This document shows positions 13,639 through 26,402 of a stretch of DNA of 64,000 nt, one piece after another. This DNA is from Octopus sinensis (taxonomy: Eukaryota). The position numbers and the translations under genes are program-made. Location: positions 127,658,001-127,722,000 of the forward strand of contig NC_042998.1 in the NCBI RefSeq assembly GCF_006345805.1, in the 5' to 3' direction. The notes beneath the pieces were generated by a model. The model was not told the DNA's origin. It saw only the letters and a list, made by a program, of their open reading frames with translations, and made no database searches. Position 1 is the first letter of the stretch. Each line of letters starts with the position of its first letter.

Positions 13639-14690
13639 TTAATGACAATGATAATAATAATAATACAGTATTTAAGGAAGCTGACAAATACAAACAAGCA
13701 ATCATACCACCTAACAAATATGCAGAAGAAGAAGAAGAAGAAGAAGAAGAAGAAGAAGAAGAAGAAGAAGAAGAAGAAACAACAAAAGCTATAAAACAAA
13801 TGAAATCCAAACTAAAAATAGAACAGCAACGAACTATGATAAAACGATGGCAAGAAAAGCCCTTTCATGGCAAATACTGGACTAAACTAAATGCAAAAGA
13901 AATAGACAAAGAAAAATCCCAACAATGGTTGAGAAGCTCAATTTTTAATTGCAGCACAAGACCAAAGCCTCCCCACCAGAAATTACCAAAGACATGTAAT
14001 GACAAGAAATATAACAAGTAACTGCAGAATATGTGGAGATGGACAAGAAACAATAAATCATATTATCTCTGGCTGCCCAGTCCTGGCTAAGAAGGAATAT
14101 ATTCACAGACACGACAGAGTTGGGACCTATATACACTGGAAACTATGCCAACATTATGGAATAACAACAGAAAAAAGATGGTATAGGCACACACCAGAAA
14201 AGGTCACAGAAAACGAGAAAGCAACCATACTCTGGGATATGCCAATACACACAGATAGAGAAATTAAGGCCAACAGGCCAGATATAGTTGTCAGAGATCA
14301 TGAAGAAAAAAATGTTTTCTAATTGATGTATCAATACCAGCGGATGACAACGTGTCTCTAAAAGAAATGGAGAAACTTTCAAAATACAAAGACCTGGAAA
14401 TAGAGGTAACCAGAATGTGGAATCTAAAAACAGAAACAATTCTTATCATAATTGGTGCATTAGGCATGATAAAAAAATATTCAGATAATGCATAACAAAA
14501 ACACCAGGACTTACAAACACATATAACATACAGAAAATTGCACTACTAGGCACTGCACACATCCTACGCAGAATACTTTCCATACAATAACCATAAGAGC
14601 ATCACAACAAATCACAGCACATACCCAAGGCACACAGAGCTGCGCTCGGTAGTGAAGTGAAAGCACGATATAAAAAATATACTACTGAAC

Positions 14691-14725
<35 letters not shown>

Positions 14726-14783
14726 CAACAATAATAACGTATATGACTCGACATGCTTGTCTTGACTTAGCGATTGTTGTCCT
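13251..14783. repeat. 50-bp inverted repeat pair (13251-13300 / 14734-14783) enclosing (TAA)n tracts and a Dong LINE
   Basis: aggacaacaaacgctaaggcaagacaagcatctcaagtcatatacgttat versus the reverse complement of the right arm: 46/50 identical by eye. Confidence 0.85.
13665..14720 (+). mobile_element. 5'-truncated R4/Dong-clade non-LTR retrotransposon (CCHC knuckle plus restriction-like endonuclease) in (TAA)n
   Basis: KPFHGKYW..QWLRSS; CRICGDGQETINHIISGC..YIHRHDRV; ILWD..ANRPDIV..(shift)LIDVSIP..KYKDL; 3' UTR runs into (AAT)n and the 5' flank is also (TAA)n. Confidence 0.9.
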
Positions 14784-15539
14784 CTTTAACAAATATATAT
14801 CCACTATATTGAAAATCTACAATGGCTTCATTACTCCCGTCTTGGTTTCATAGCCGTAAAAGACTTTCTCACTCGGAGCCCTGGTAATAGGTTACAGCAC
14901 TCACTCAGCGTACCTGGTCGTTTAGATCACCTGTGAACTAACTTCTCCCCCCCCCCATATTTTGTATATATATTTATATATAATGTACGTATTTCTATTT
15001 CTTCCTCAGTGATTCCGTCTATGTAACTTGCTTTGCCTCTCACTCTCTCTAAATATAAATGAGTGTGTGAACGGGTGTATGTATGTATTATGAAGAAGAA
15101 GATTTTACAGACATTCAATATTTGAATATGAAATTATAATTGGATGGAAGCATATCCGTGTAGGCGATGTGTACTTAGGATATTACATACATATTTGTGT
15201 ATAATAGTTCCTATAAATAACAAAAATTGTTTTATATAATAGATACACAAAAATAATTGGCCCGATTTCTGCATTTTACTCTACTTTTTGTACCCATTCG
15301 TTATTAGCCCTTGTCTCTCCAACACGGTGTGTTCATAGACACGTACAACATATGCATATATATTTGATTCTATAAATATTCGTTACCGTATATACATTTA
15401 TGGTTATATACAGAAATATATGCATGCGTATATGTGTATATGTATGTGTGTATGTGCGTGTGTGGGTATGTGTGTGTGTGTGTTTCTTTATCTCTGTGTG
15501 TCTGTTTGTCTGTAATGAATTAGATTAACGTTTTTCTCC

Positions 15540-16140
15540 AGATTCTCTGGAAAATTAGTTGCATCAATGTATTTCTATGCCTTGATCCATCTCCCTCTTA
15601 GTCCGAAGCTCAAGTGATTCTCTCTTTTGTAATGACTTCTTTATGCCTGATTCAATAAACACCCCTATTACCAAATATCCCTTTTACCTTTCTCTTCGTC
15701 TTCTACTAAAACGATTTTGGCATTGAGGTTGTATCCTTCCTCTTTTTCACCAAACTTTTCCTTCGTTACTAAGTCTAATTTATTCCTCAAACCGTAATAA
15801 CATCTGCTCATTAATACTGAGCTGCTTTTATAACGAGTCTCACTCATGCCTGTCGCATAGTTTGCACTGAGGAGAAGCCACATTCTCCCCCAGCTGTTTA
15901 ACATTTACTTTCACAGTATTACTCACATGCGTGTAACTATGTCCATGTCCAGATTACTACATTTCTAGTATCATATTCTCTTTGTCCTTTATGACATAGC
16001 AGAGTTACCTCTCTTTATAAACTGACATATTTGCATTACTGCTAACAGTACGTCAGGAAACAAAAATGTTCTTTTTCAACTACTCCAGCCCCAAATCATA
16101 GCTTTCTCCTCTCCCCATGCCATGCAAAGATAACCTATCC
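15540..16140 (-). mobile_element. Highly degenerate LINE apurinic-like endonuclease fragment
   Basis: Minus-strand LLLSANYATG and GYNLNAKIV resemble the APE motifs ISAYAPT and GDFNAKIG; many disablements. Confidence 0.35.
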
Positions 16141-16450
16141 TCGAATATAAGTGTATATATGTATATATGTATATATATATATTATATATATATATATATA
16201 TAATATATATATATATATATGTGTGTGTGGTGTGTGTGTGTGTGTGTGTAGACATATAAGTGTGTGTGTAGATATATATATATATACATCATAAATATAT
16301 GAATGGATGAATGAATTATTCTTTGTTTAGAGTTAACATGGAAAATTCAATAAAGTACGAGGGTAGCATAATTCACGCAAGTAACAAGGATGTAGCGGCC
16401 TATTCAAAGGTAGAAACCCCTGGTTAATGTGCAGTAATTTTATAGTGTAA

Positions 16451-16535
16451 GTAAATAAATGGAGTTGAACGCAGGTGGGTACGAATGGGTACAAAAAGAA
16501 TTTGAATAACACCTACGTTCAACTCCATTTATTTA

Positions 16536-16536
<1 letters not shown>
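16451..16536. repeat. 27-bp inverted repeat with 32-bp spacer
   Basis: gtaaataaatggagttgaacgcaggtg / cacctacgttcaactccatttatttac, 26/27 match. Confidence 0.85.
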
Positions 16537-16592
<56 letters not shown>

Positions 16593-16639
16593 CCTGGTTC
16601 AAATATAATAAAATAAAATTAAAATAAAACAGAAAACAG

Positions 16640-16860
16640 TGAAAAGTAAGGAACAACAAACAAGGAGTAATAAATAGTTTAACACTCAGAAAAAACGGAA
16701 AAGTGTTTGACGTTTCGAGCCTAAGCTCTTCGACAGAAAGTAATAAGGGGAGAAAACGGAGAAAGAAATACGGAGAGAAAAAAGCATGTTTGGATTAATC
16801 GTTTCACATATCAAATTGACTGGAGATCTGTCGTTGAATGGAAGGTAAGATAACAGTAAC
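16640..16860 (-). mobile_element. Third PLE-type terminal-repeat copy with minimal hammerhead at 16706-16740
   Basis: Minus strand cttt-CTGTCGA-a-gagc/ttag/gctc-GAA-ACGT-C-aaac. Confidence 0.65.
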
Positions 16861-17042
16861 CTGGCTTGCGTGTTTCTATATGAGGATCTGTGTAGAGTAT
16901 ATGTGTGTATGGGCGAGCGGGTGTGTATGCATGTATGGGCATGCATAAGATTATGCGAGTGTGTGTGTATACGTATGGAAGAGTGCGTGTGCATGTGTAT
17001 GAGAGTAAACAATTACTGTAATTGTTCTGAGTGGAGCGATGT

Positions 17043-17073
<31 letters not shown>

Positions 17074-17413
17074 GACGTTTGTATACGTGTGGGAGTGTGT
17101 GAAGCTGTGTAACGTATATGTATGTCAGGTTATCAGATATGTGTGTGTGTGTATGTGTGTATGTATGCAAACGCATATGTGTAGCCGCTATTTTGTACGC
17201 GTATGGTATGTTTTATGCGCTTATCGTGGTCGCGCGTGTGCGTTCTTTCATGCGTATGTGTTTGTGCATCAAATGTGCGTGACGCTGTGTGTGCACGTAT
17301 CATAAGCGTTTATGCATGAAAGCTGTATGTGTTTTGCGTATATGCGTATTTATATATAACGTGTGTAAGTGTGCGTGCGTGTGCGTGTGTGTGTATGTAC
17401 AACGGTACATATA

Positions 17414-17970
17414 CAGGCTGCTGCAAAATGATTCGACATACTTGTAGGTCTAATTAAAGCGAAAAAGACTAAAGAACTAATAATGTGTTTTTATTTCAAA
17501 GTCTACATATAATGCTATTTTGTTTCACTTAGTTTTAAAAATTAAATCAGTCAAGTGGGTGCCGTTACTGTCCACACACTGTCAAAGGCGTTCACGAAAG
17601 TTGTCCATAACTCCATGGGTCACTTCATATGGAATAACAGCAATTTCTTGACGAAAGGCATATTTTAAATGTTCAATAGATCAAGGGTGATGCGTGTATA
17701 CCTCTGATTTCATGTACCTCCACACAAAAAAATCACACGGGTTCAAATCAGCGATGTCACCGCCCAATGAGATCAAATGACCGGGGAGCATCTCCCTCAA
17801 AATCCCCATTGCACGTCGAGAAGTGCAGACTTTTGCCCCATTCTCTTGAAACCAAACGTTGTCCTTAACGTGAAGTTTATTCAATTTGGGTTTATAGAAA
17901 TGTTTATAGCATCACACAATATCGATCATAGTTCATAGTCACTATAACATTGTCCTCTTCGAATAAATAC
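17414..17970 (-). mobile_element. Degenerate Tc1/mariner DD41D (rosa-type) transposase fragment with one terminus
   Basis: VWFQENGA...GHLISLGGDI...DLNPCDFFVWRYMKSEVY; TA followed by CAGGCTGCTGCAAAA-like end at 17414. Confidence 0.8.
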
Positions 17971-18286
17971 GGACACCAAATATATATATATATATGATCA
18001 CAAACATAACACGCCATCATGGGTCATACTGTTCGAATTCTGAACATACATTAGATAGCACGAAACACTAAGTTTAGCGTATGATTTGATTTTGAATAAA
18101 TAAATATCTAATCTACATTATACATTAAGTACTTCATTGACTACCGCTCTAATGCATTTGATTAATATCATATCATCATGTATTTATATGTACACATATA
18201 TACATGTATCTATTTATCTCTTTCTCTCTCATTCTCTCTCTCTCTCTCCCTCTCCCTCTCTCTCTCTGTATACATGTATATATAGG

Positions 18287-18339
<53 letters not shown>

Positions 18340-18989
18340 TTTCTAATTAGTAATTATATATATATATATTATATATATATATATATTATATATATATATA
18401 TATATTATATATATATATGCATATACGAAGCTAAGTAAGAAAATAATCGGTATATCATGGAATATACTGGAGATATTTCAAGAGCATGACAGTAACATAG
18501 ATCAATTTATTTTATGAATATAGATTTTTGATCTACAAATATACCTTTCATTTTATTAGATGTAAGTCCAACGTTTTATGGTATCTCTTCTGGTATAAAT
18601 TCAAATACCGTATTTTTATAGGTACTTGGTCAAATATTTGAAATGTACTCAATTAACCTCGAGGATTAAGGGATATGCAGTGTGTGTTTTTGTTCGTGAT
18701 AAAAAAAAATAAATTAAGTTGTTGTTGGCAGAAACTGAAATAAGCTTTCGGAGAAATATTAATATATAATGACATTTTAACCAATAATATACGAAGATTA
18801 AATCTCATTGTGTTTCTAGTTCAAATATAGTGCAGGCTGAATATATTTTACTTCTGTCATTTCATGATGTTATCAAAAAAAGCAGCAGTAAATTTCGAAA
18901 ATATACCTGTTCTTGTCTACGTTCGAATCTTGAGATGACCTTCGCATTTCATTAAATGAAAGAAACAACGTAGTGCTCAGCTTCCCAAC

Positions 18990-19011
18990 TGACTCAGCTA
19001 TAGCTGAGTCA
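18990..19011. promoter_or_regulatory. Perfect 22-bp palindrome made of two inverted AP-1/ARE-like motifs
   Basis: TGACTCAGC-TATA-GCTGAGTCA; the palindrome is certain, the regulatory function is an inference. Confidence 0.3.
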
Positions 19012-21221
19012 AATGAGCAGATAATCTTTTAATTATATGTCACTTGACTATTTTCAATTAAATGCTAATTTTCCTATATGCTAAATAAAGATTAATGATA
19101 GCTGATTTTTATTCCATTAAATCTCCATTAATATAGTATTAATAGAATTTTCATACACGTCTTAGAATACAATAAAGCATCTGAACGCAAGTTCTCTCAG
19201 ACCATAGTAAATATTGCGTCCTCATAAATTAATAGAGATGAAATATATGAGTGTAGAAGGATATTCTCAGGCTTCGATGATACCATATTATTGGATTTTA
19301 TTTTGGTAGCCCTCATGTTGAGCGCCTGTCGGTCAATATTCCCTACGCGTCAGTAGTTGTATGTGAGGTTGTTTGCAAGAGTTTTTTTTTTACTCAGACT
19401 AGCAGTTACCCATGTATTCAATTTTCAAGGGAAAGTCTGCTGACATGACATGGGTGGATACAGCTTAGCACCAGGAGCTTTGCTGCTAGATCGCAATTAA
19501 CTGGAGTAAACGCAACACAGCATCTCACTCGGCTGTCAATCAGTTCCGCTAACTCATCCGGATTGGTACATTTCTATCGAGGAAATTATATGGGAACACC
19601 AAGTAGCAGCCTATCCAATATCTTTCCGACTCTGTAAATTCGCTGCCTTCAGTGATAAAATGCAAAATCGATTCCGACAGCACGTAAACATCAAACTAGA
19701 AAGGACATTCTACTGTACTTATGAAATAATTGACAGTTGATGTGGCACAATGGCGCATGTTTGGTAAAAGAATGTAATCAAATAGATCAACTCTAGTATT
19801 TGATTGGCATCAAATTTCTCACCCAAAGAAGGATAAAATTCAAACAAGGCTCGATTTTTCACCAGACCATAAAAGGATTTAAATCAATATGGGTCAGAAT
19901 TTTGCCCAACTTCATCGATTCTGTCTGCCCAAATTACAAGTTTTATTTAGGGACTGATCTATCGGTGTGCATGCATACATGTTTGTGCATGGATCTATGT
20001 GTGTATGTTTGTGTGTGTGTATTTATGTAAATACACTCATCTTTGATCGGTGAGCTAAAGAAGGTCACAATTTCCTCGAACAAGTAGTTGCATTATGTCT
20101 GCCCTATGCTAAGATATTCTTTCATTAAGGAATGAGACATAATATAATTAAGCAGTGTTTCACTAACATGTTTGCGATGAGTTCGAAGAAAAAATAGGTT
20201 TATAAATTTCCTATAAATAAAGTCCTTTGTCCCTCCTGGTAACCAGCAATGCTTCCAACACCGCTCGTTCGACAAATTAACGCATCCCGATGAGATCGAT
20301 ATGAATAAACCAAATAGGATAAATGCCATTGAAAAGAAGTAGCTGATCTCAATATGATGTTGACAGGAATAGTGACGTTAGACAATATGTAAGAATATAA
20401 AACTAATTTTTGTTAAAAGAATGATAGATGATAAGAACATCCTTCCTACAGTTATCATAAATAATGGATTTAATATTTAATAGAATAAACAGGTGTTTAT
20501 CAACAGGTGAATTAATTCTTAAGTGAATAGAATATTTTAACATAGTAACGGCTTGCTTATTGGATTGTACACATATATTGAATGGTCTATGTGCATGTAT
20601 GTGTGTGTATGTGGGTACATGGATATGTATAGGGAACCCAGTGTGTATTTATTAACACACACGCACATACATGATATTTACATATATGCATATTTACATA
20701 TTTAATAGCAATGTTTAATTGACTGATGATCTGAATATATTGAGACCCATATAACTAAATCATTCTTTTCTGTATGTCCGTCCTTGTTAAGGCTGATATA
20801 TTCATTGTATTCCTGAGTTTGAATAAGTTTCATTAAGGAAGTAATGTCAGCTGCACTACATTAATTATAATCTGCTGAAGATTCCAGCTAAAACTTAAAC
20901 TGGTTTCTCTAAAGGAAAGATTATGGTAATACATTCCGTCCACATGGCTGTTATTTGACAAAGATTTGATAGCTATTTTAATGAATTATATTCAGTATTC
21001 ATGTAGTAAACACACACATGTACATTTCTGCACACGCATATATATATAAATATACTTTGAATATAAGGCTAACATTTTTCAAAACATCTTATCAGTCGCC
21101 AGAATATGAAAATACGTTCTAAGGTGAAAATTATAAATACAATTATGAATAAGAGCAAAGCAAAAAAACTTGTCAGCGTATTGGCAAAGAATTTTTTCTT
21201 TTGCCCTCATTTATAATTGTA

Positions 21222-21252
<31 letters not shown>

Positions 21253-21274
21253 GTCACATATATACATATATGGA

Positions 21275-21700
21275 TGAAAGATGTGTGTCTATTAAGCAAA
21301 CCAACTGTGGTACATGCCCCAACCTTTTGGAAGGGTCAGGATACTATTTTAAACAAAGGCATCACTTTACAATTAAATCAAATTTCACTTGTGCATCCGA
21401 AAATCGGATCTACGTAATCAGATGCTCGGGCTGCCAGAAAGACTATATCGGTAGCACGGGGAATTCTATCCGTCAACGTTGTACGATGCATCGTCAACAG
21501 ATAGCCTCACCACAATACCGCCAAATTTATCTCAGTGAACATATAGACGTATGTACAAAACGAATACAACCTAAATTCACTATTTTCCCTCTATATAAAT
21601 TTGCTGACTGGACTTCTACACAAAAACGACTCAATAAATAGACATATTTAATCCCAAAATACAAACCTGAACAAATTCAGTTTAATTGTATTACTAATTG
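21275..21700 (+). mobile_element. PLE GIY-YIG endonuclease 3' fragment (Neptune-like)
   Basis: CGTC..FTIKSNFTCASENRIYVIRCSGCQKDYIGSTGNSIRQRCTMHRQQI..LSEHIDVC. Confidence 0.85.
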
Positions 21701-21873
21701 CCAGTTAACTACTTGACTCCTGGACACCCATTCATATTCAGACCTGAGTCATGAGAAGTCCGACATGATTCTTATGGAGAAAGTATTTATATCTTGGCAA
21801 TTGCTTTCTCGTTCATTTTCTGTTGGACTGATTTACTTTATTCAATTATAGAATTTCAACATATACAAAAAAG

Positions 21874-21914
<41 letters not shown>

Positions 21915-22305
21915 TTACAAGAGAGAAAATGATATGTTAGAGCATAAAATAAATGCATATACATTCATTCACTCATTACTGCTTAATCTTTAAAACCTAG
22001 TACGGTAATATAATTAACTGTGTATAAAATGAAATGACTCCTGTAACTGCATGCTTGCCAAAAACACTGAAAAGCTTCATGAAAAAAACAAGATTTGCTC
22101 CCCTTGATATATTGCTTCATCAGTGTTCACCTATTTTCAAAGATGGCGTCCTATTAGTAGCACAAATGTTCTCTCTATATAAGTTGACAATCGTTCGATC
22201 GTGAAACCGGTACTAACTTAATTTTTAATGATGTAATGATGTAACATGATCCTAATATCACCATAAATTATATTATAGAAAATTTCTGAGTCTTACATTT
22301 CTTTC

Positions 22306-22342
<37 letters not shown>

Positions 22343-22344
<2 letters not shown>

Positions 22345-22506
22345 GACGAACTTCTTTCAGTTTCCGTCTACCAAGTCGACTCACAAAGCTTTGGTCGATC
22401 CAAGGCTATAGTCGAAGACACTTGCTCAAGATGATCCGCAGTGGGACTAAACCCGGAGCTATGTGGTTGGGAATTAAGCTACTTACTACGCAGCCACGCC
22501 TGCACC
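22343..22506 (-). mobile_element. tRNA-derived SINE, 5' half
   Basis: Reverse complement matches the head of the full SINE at 30336 (ggtgcaggcgtggctg...gggtttagtccc...gtagacggaaactgaaagaag). Confidence 0.85.
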
Positions 22507-22604
22507 TCTATATATATATATATATCGGCAGTGTATCATATATCCGCAAAAACATATATAGAAACGCACTCAAAATCTCTCATATATTGTTTGTTTGTAA
22601 CCTA

Positions 22605-22800
22605 ATTGCATATTACTATCCTTAAACAGCCGTATGTTCCTTGACAGAGATGTTTGTTACAATTATTGCAAACATGTTCTGTGACGTATATAACAACAAT
22701 TAAAGATTCATAATGGTGGGACCGGTTCCAGAAGTAGAAATTCAACTTATTAGATCCTTCATTGTCATCTTTAGCCAGGAAAAGTCTTCTTGAGTATTTT
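22605..22800 (-). mobile_element. Very degenerate PLE GIY-YIG remnant
   Basis: VVIY...VCNNCNKH..QGT..CLR resembles VIY..C..C...YIG.T.R.L. Confidence 0.35.
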
Positions 22801-23594
22801 GGCATTCGAGCAGATATCTTTACTCATATGACCGAGCTCATTAGTTTGTCTAATTCTAACAATGGAATATTTCTCACGTTATTTTATGAAAGCATTTTCT
22901 ATATTCAGTAAAGCATTTTCCTTATTTGTTATACTTATCAACTCTTTCGATATTGAATTTCTTACCTTGGTAAGATCTACTTTTCTTTATCGTTATAATG
23001 TTTCCCTCAAGGCAACTTGATACTCGTTCCGTCTTTCATTGTCTCTTACAATAAGGCAAGCTATATCTAGCTTATCGCTTATCCACTCATGGACTATTAG
23101 TTGTCCTGTATCTATAATTAGATTACATCATTCATACCAGGTTTTTCTAAAGATGTCGCACACTCTAATTTATAAATTGGTATTTCATATGTATACTGAG
23201 TGTGTATACACGTTGAAAACTTCTCAATATCATTGAAGATAACATTCGGCTAAAGAGCAAATTTTTTTTTAAAGAAGAACCTTCCAAGTGAACGAGTTAA
23301 AACCGAATTGGAATACATACTCAGTGATACAAATCAATCCTAAACTAAACTAAAAATGGGAACATAATCAGGTTCAACCACTCCTTCAAACTATATAGCT
23401 ACTAGGTGGCTTAGTGCTGCCTAACACAATCACTAAAAATTCCATAGCCAGTCATAAATACTACAATACAAATGTTAGTTATGGCTGCATAAGGATCCAG
23501 ACACTCGCCATCCAAGTCATAAATAGCCTTATATGTAGAGACGACTCACAAACAGAAAACGGTTGAATGGATAATGGTTCGAGCCCAAGTAGTT

Positions 23595-24007
23595 GGTGCT
23601 ACTTTGGTATGCGATGTACGAAACCAACTTGATCTACAGGAGTCAACTTCTACTTTAGTATACGATCTACATGTTTCATTTATTTATTATGGCTTAAATA
23701 AAAAACATTCTTAAATTTTTTATACATTTATTTAAAAAAATTAAAAGGAAGCAGATTTGAAACAAGTTTACTAATTTTATTGGCGAATAGAAAGAACATG
23801 AGCTACAAAAGTAAAAAATAGAGAATTCAAATTTTTATACACTTTATACTTTTATTATACACACTTATGGTTTCATACTCTCTAACCAAACATTCTTTTG
23901 AAACCAATACAGGTGTTTTCCTTGTTCGTGTTAAGTAGATCACAATATAAAGTGATCGCATACCAAATCAGTTTCATGATACGTAGATTGCATACCAAAG
24001 TAGCACC
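23595..24007. mobile_element. MITE-like element with 26-bp TIRs
   Basis: ggtgctactttggtatgcgatgtacg versus the reverse complement of 23982-24007: 24/26; an extra internal atcgcataccaaa copy; AT-rich interior. Confidence 0.65.
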
Positions 24008-25797
24008 CATTTAGTGCTAATCGCAAATTGCCTAAAAAGACAAGTAATTTCCAAGTCAAGAATGTTACAAAAATCACAAACCGACATTAGATTCGTCAAA
24101 GTAACAAGCGTAATTTTCAAAGATATATGTACAAACCTACATATTTCGATTCCGCAGTGTTTACATCAGACACGGAAATGTTGACATGGTCGACATTTAC
24201 ATAAATAGTTTAGGAATATATCATCAGTGAACAGCAGCAAAATATAACATAATTACGTAACAAGCAGGTTTCTCTACAGAAGCAATGAAGTGATGACACG
24301 ATGCAGACAGCCAGATAAATTCCTATTTAAACCCTGTTCCGAAATGCAAGCAGGGTTAACAACTGATGACTCAAAATCAATGACTATAGCGGAGGACAAA
24401 AGTGAATTTGAAGTAATAGGTCTACCTGCATGCCACGTGTGGAAGTTTTCCTGTCACATATGAATTTACTAGTTATATTATATGAATAGGCATCACATAC
24501 ATCTGCAGTATTTGATATGGAATTAATTCATGGCACAAGCGGAGTTATGATGAAATACGACTGCGCGACAATATGTCATCTAGACATTCGATTCGGATAA
24601 CAATTCTGTTATGCTAACTTTAGCTCACGAACAAAGCATATATGTCTATTAAAAAACCTATTTAAGAGAGAAAGGGAGACGGAAAAAACGATAATCACCA
24701 TTGTTTTCCAGCGAACCAAGTATAATACTCAGGTGATTGACAACCAATAATATAAACTTTGCACTCTGCATATGTAAATATTTAATATTGTAAAAATAAT
24801 TGATGGTTAACAGCGTAAGATCTAAACAGGTTAGTCATCTCTGGTGCTGGAAGTATCGCAACTTCAGCCTCTTCTTTTATCTAAGGTCAAATGCTGTCGC
24901 TACATATTTTAAGATGTTTATGCATATGAACCATATGTATATCATTGGGTACTATGTAATTGTAGTTGATAGGCTAGACATAGATGTATACACGAATAGA
25001 ATAGTTTAGGCTCTTAATCCTTTTTCAGCCATCTTTTTTTAACCTTTAACATTGATTCGTAGAAATAACACTTGATTTTGCGAACAAGAACACATACATA
25101 ATATAAATCTCTATGTCTATGTGTGAGTATATGCACCTCTGTATCTGTGTGTCTACGTATGAAAGAGGTCGGATGTTTCTACGCATGTAATTTTGTATGT
25201 TTACCATAAGAACCACAATAGTTCGGGTTTAAATCATGACTGTGAATGTGTTAAAATGGACGAGAAACAGATGTATGTGTGTGGTGAGAGTGATTATATC
25301 TATATACCAATATATATATATATATATATATACGTATATAGGTATACATATACACACGTATGCACACTCCCACACACACATACAAACCTGTATATGTGTA
25401 TGTGAGCGTGGGTGTTGAGTATGTGTATGTTTGCAAGAGGTGTATGCAATGTATGTGAATGTATAGCTGTAAATATGCGTGCTTGTCAGTATATGCTTAT
25501 ATAATGGGATGAGGAAATTTGATATTAATCGATTAAGAATTGCTGAGATATCTTTTCAGTCAAGAAGAAAGAGTTAGTTTCATTCTACAGAATTTCCAAA
25601 ACAACAATAGTGTGAAAATGGAGATAAGCTTGTTTATTGAAAATATGTTAATAAGAAGAGAGATGAAAGCAAGTGTAAAGGTCCGTTCATATTTATTTAT
25701 AACTGACAAACACATGCTCATTGCTAACACATACGCCTAAAGACATGTACGTACATAGATACAAATGTAGGCGTACATATATATATATATATATACA

Positions 25798-26402
25798 CAC
25801 AATAAGAGGTTTCCAAATAGGAAAGCCTTGTGCTAGAAAGAGCAGTAGAAAACTCAAATAAGGATAAATTCTCGAAAGGAATGAAAATTAAAAGCGTTTA
25901 CCATCTCAATTATTTCCCAGACTATTTCCAGCAAACAAATATTCGCTGAAGGCCAGTTTCATCAGTGGCACAGCCTTTAGATTTCAAATATACATACAGC
26001 CAGATCCACATGTAAAAACTAACTGTTGTATATCCTAACTTTCCAGACCACTGCGCAGACGCAGATTATACCCGGCGACAGAGAGGATACCGATAAAAAT
26101 TTCGAACAAATTTATGAAAGAATATTTAAACATAATATATAACAATAGGGTTATAAGAAATTATTATTACCAGTGGCCTAGCACAAAAACGAATTAGTCA
26201 TTTGACTATATATTATTCACATAGAAATACAATAAGAGGGCTTCCAAATAGGAAAGCCTTCTGCTAGAAAGAGCAGTAGAAAACTCAAACCACCAAATAA
26301 GAATAAATTCTCGAAAGGAATGAAAATTAATATATAGTCTAATGACTAATTGGTTTTTGTGGTAGGCCACTGGTAATAATAATTTCTCATTACCCTATTG
26401 TT
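25798..26402. mobile_element. PLE-like remnant with a ~100-bp direct repeat and a 74-bp inverted repeat
   Basis: 25798-25895 is repeated at 26229-26330; 26141-26214 is inverted at 26329-26402 (69/74); degenerate CTGATGA..GAA on the minus strand near 25945-25965. Confidence 0.6.

Noticed and set aside
24280-24465. Open frame SNEVMTRCRQPDKFLFKPC... after a good acceptor
   Set aside because: No recognisable protein, ambiguous donor and no phase-linked neighbours; compatible with chance.
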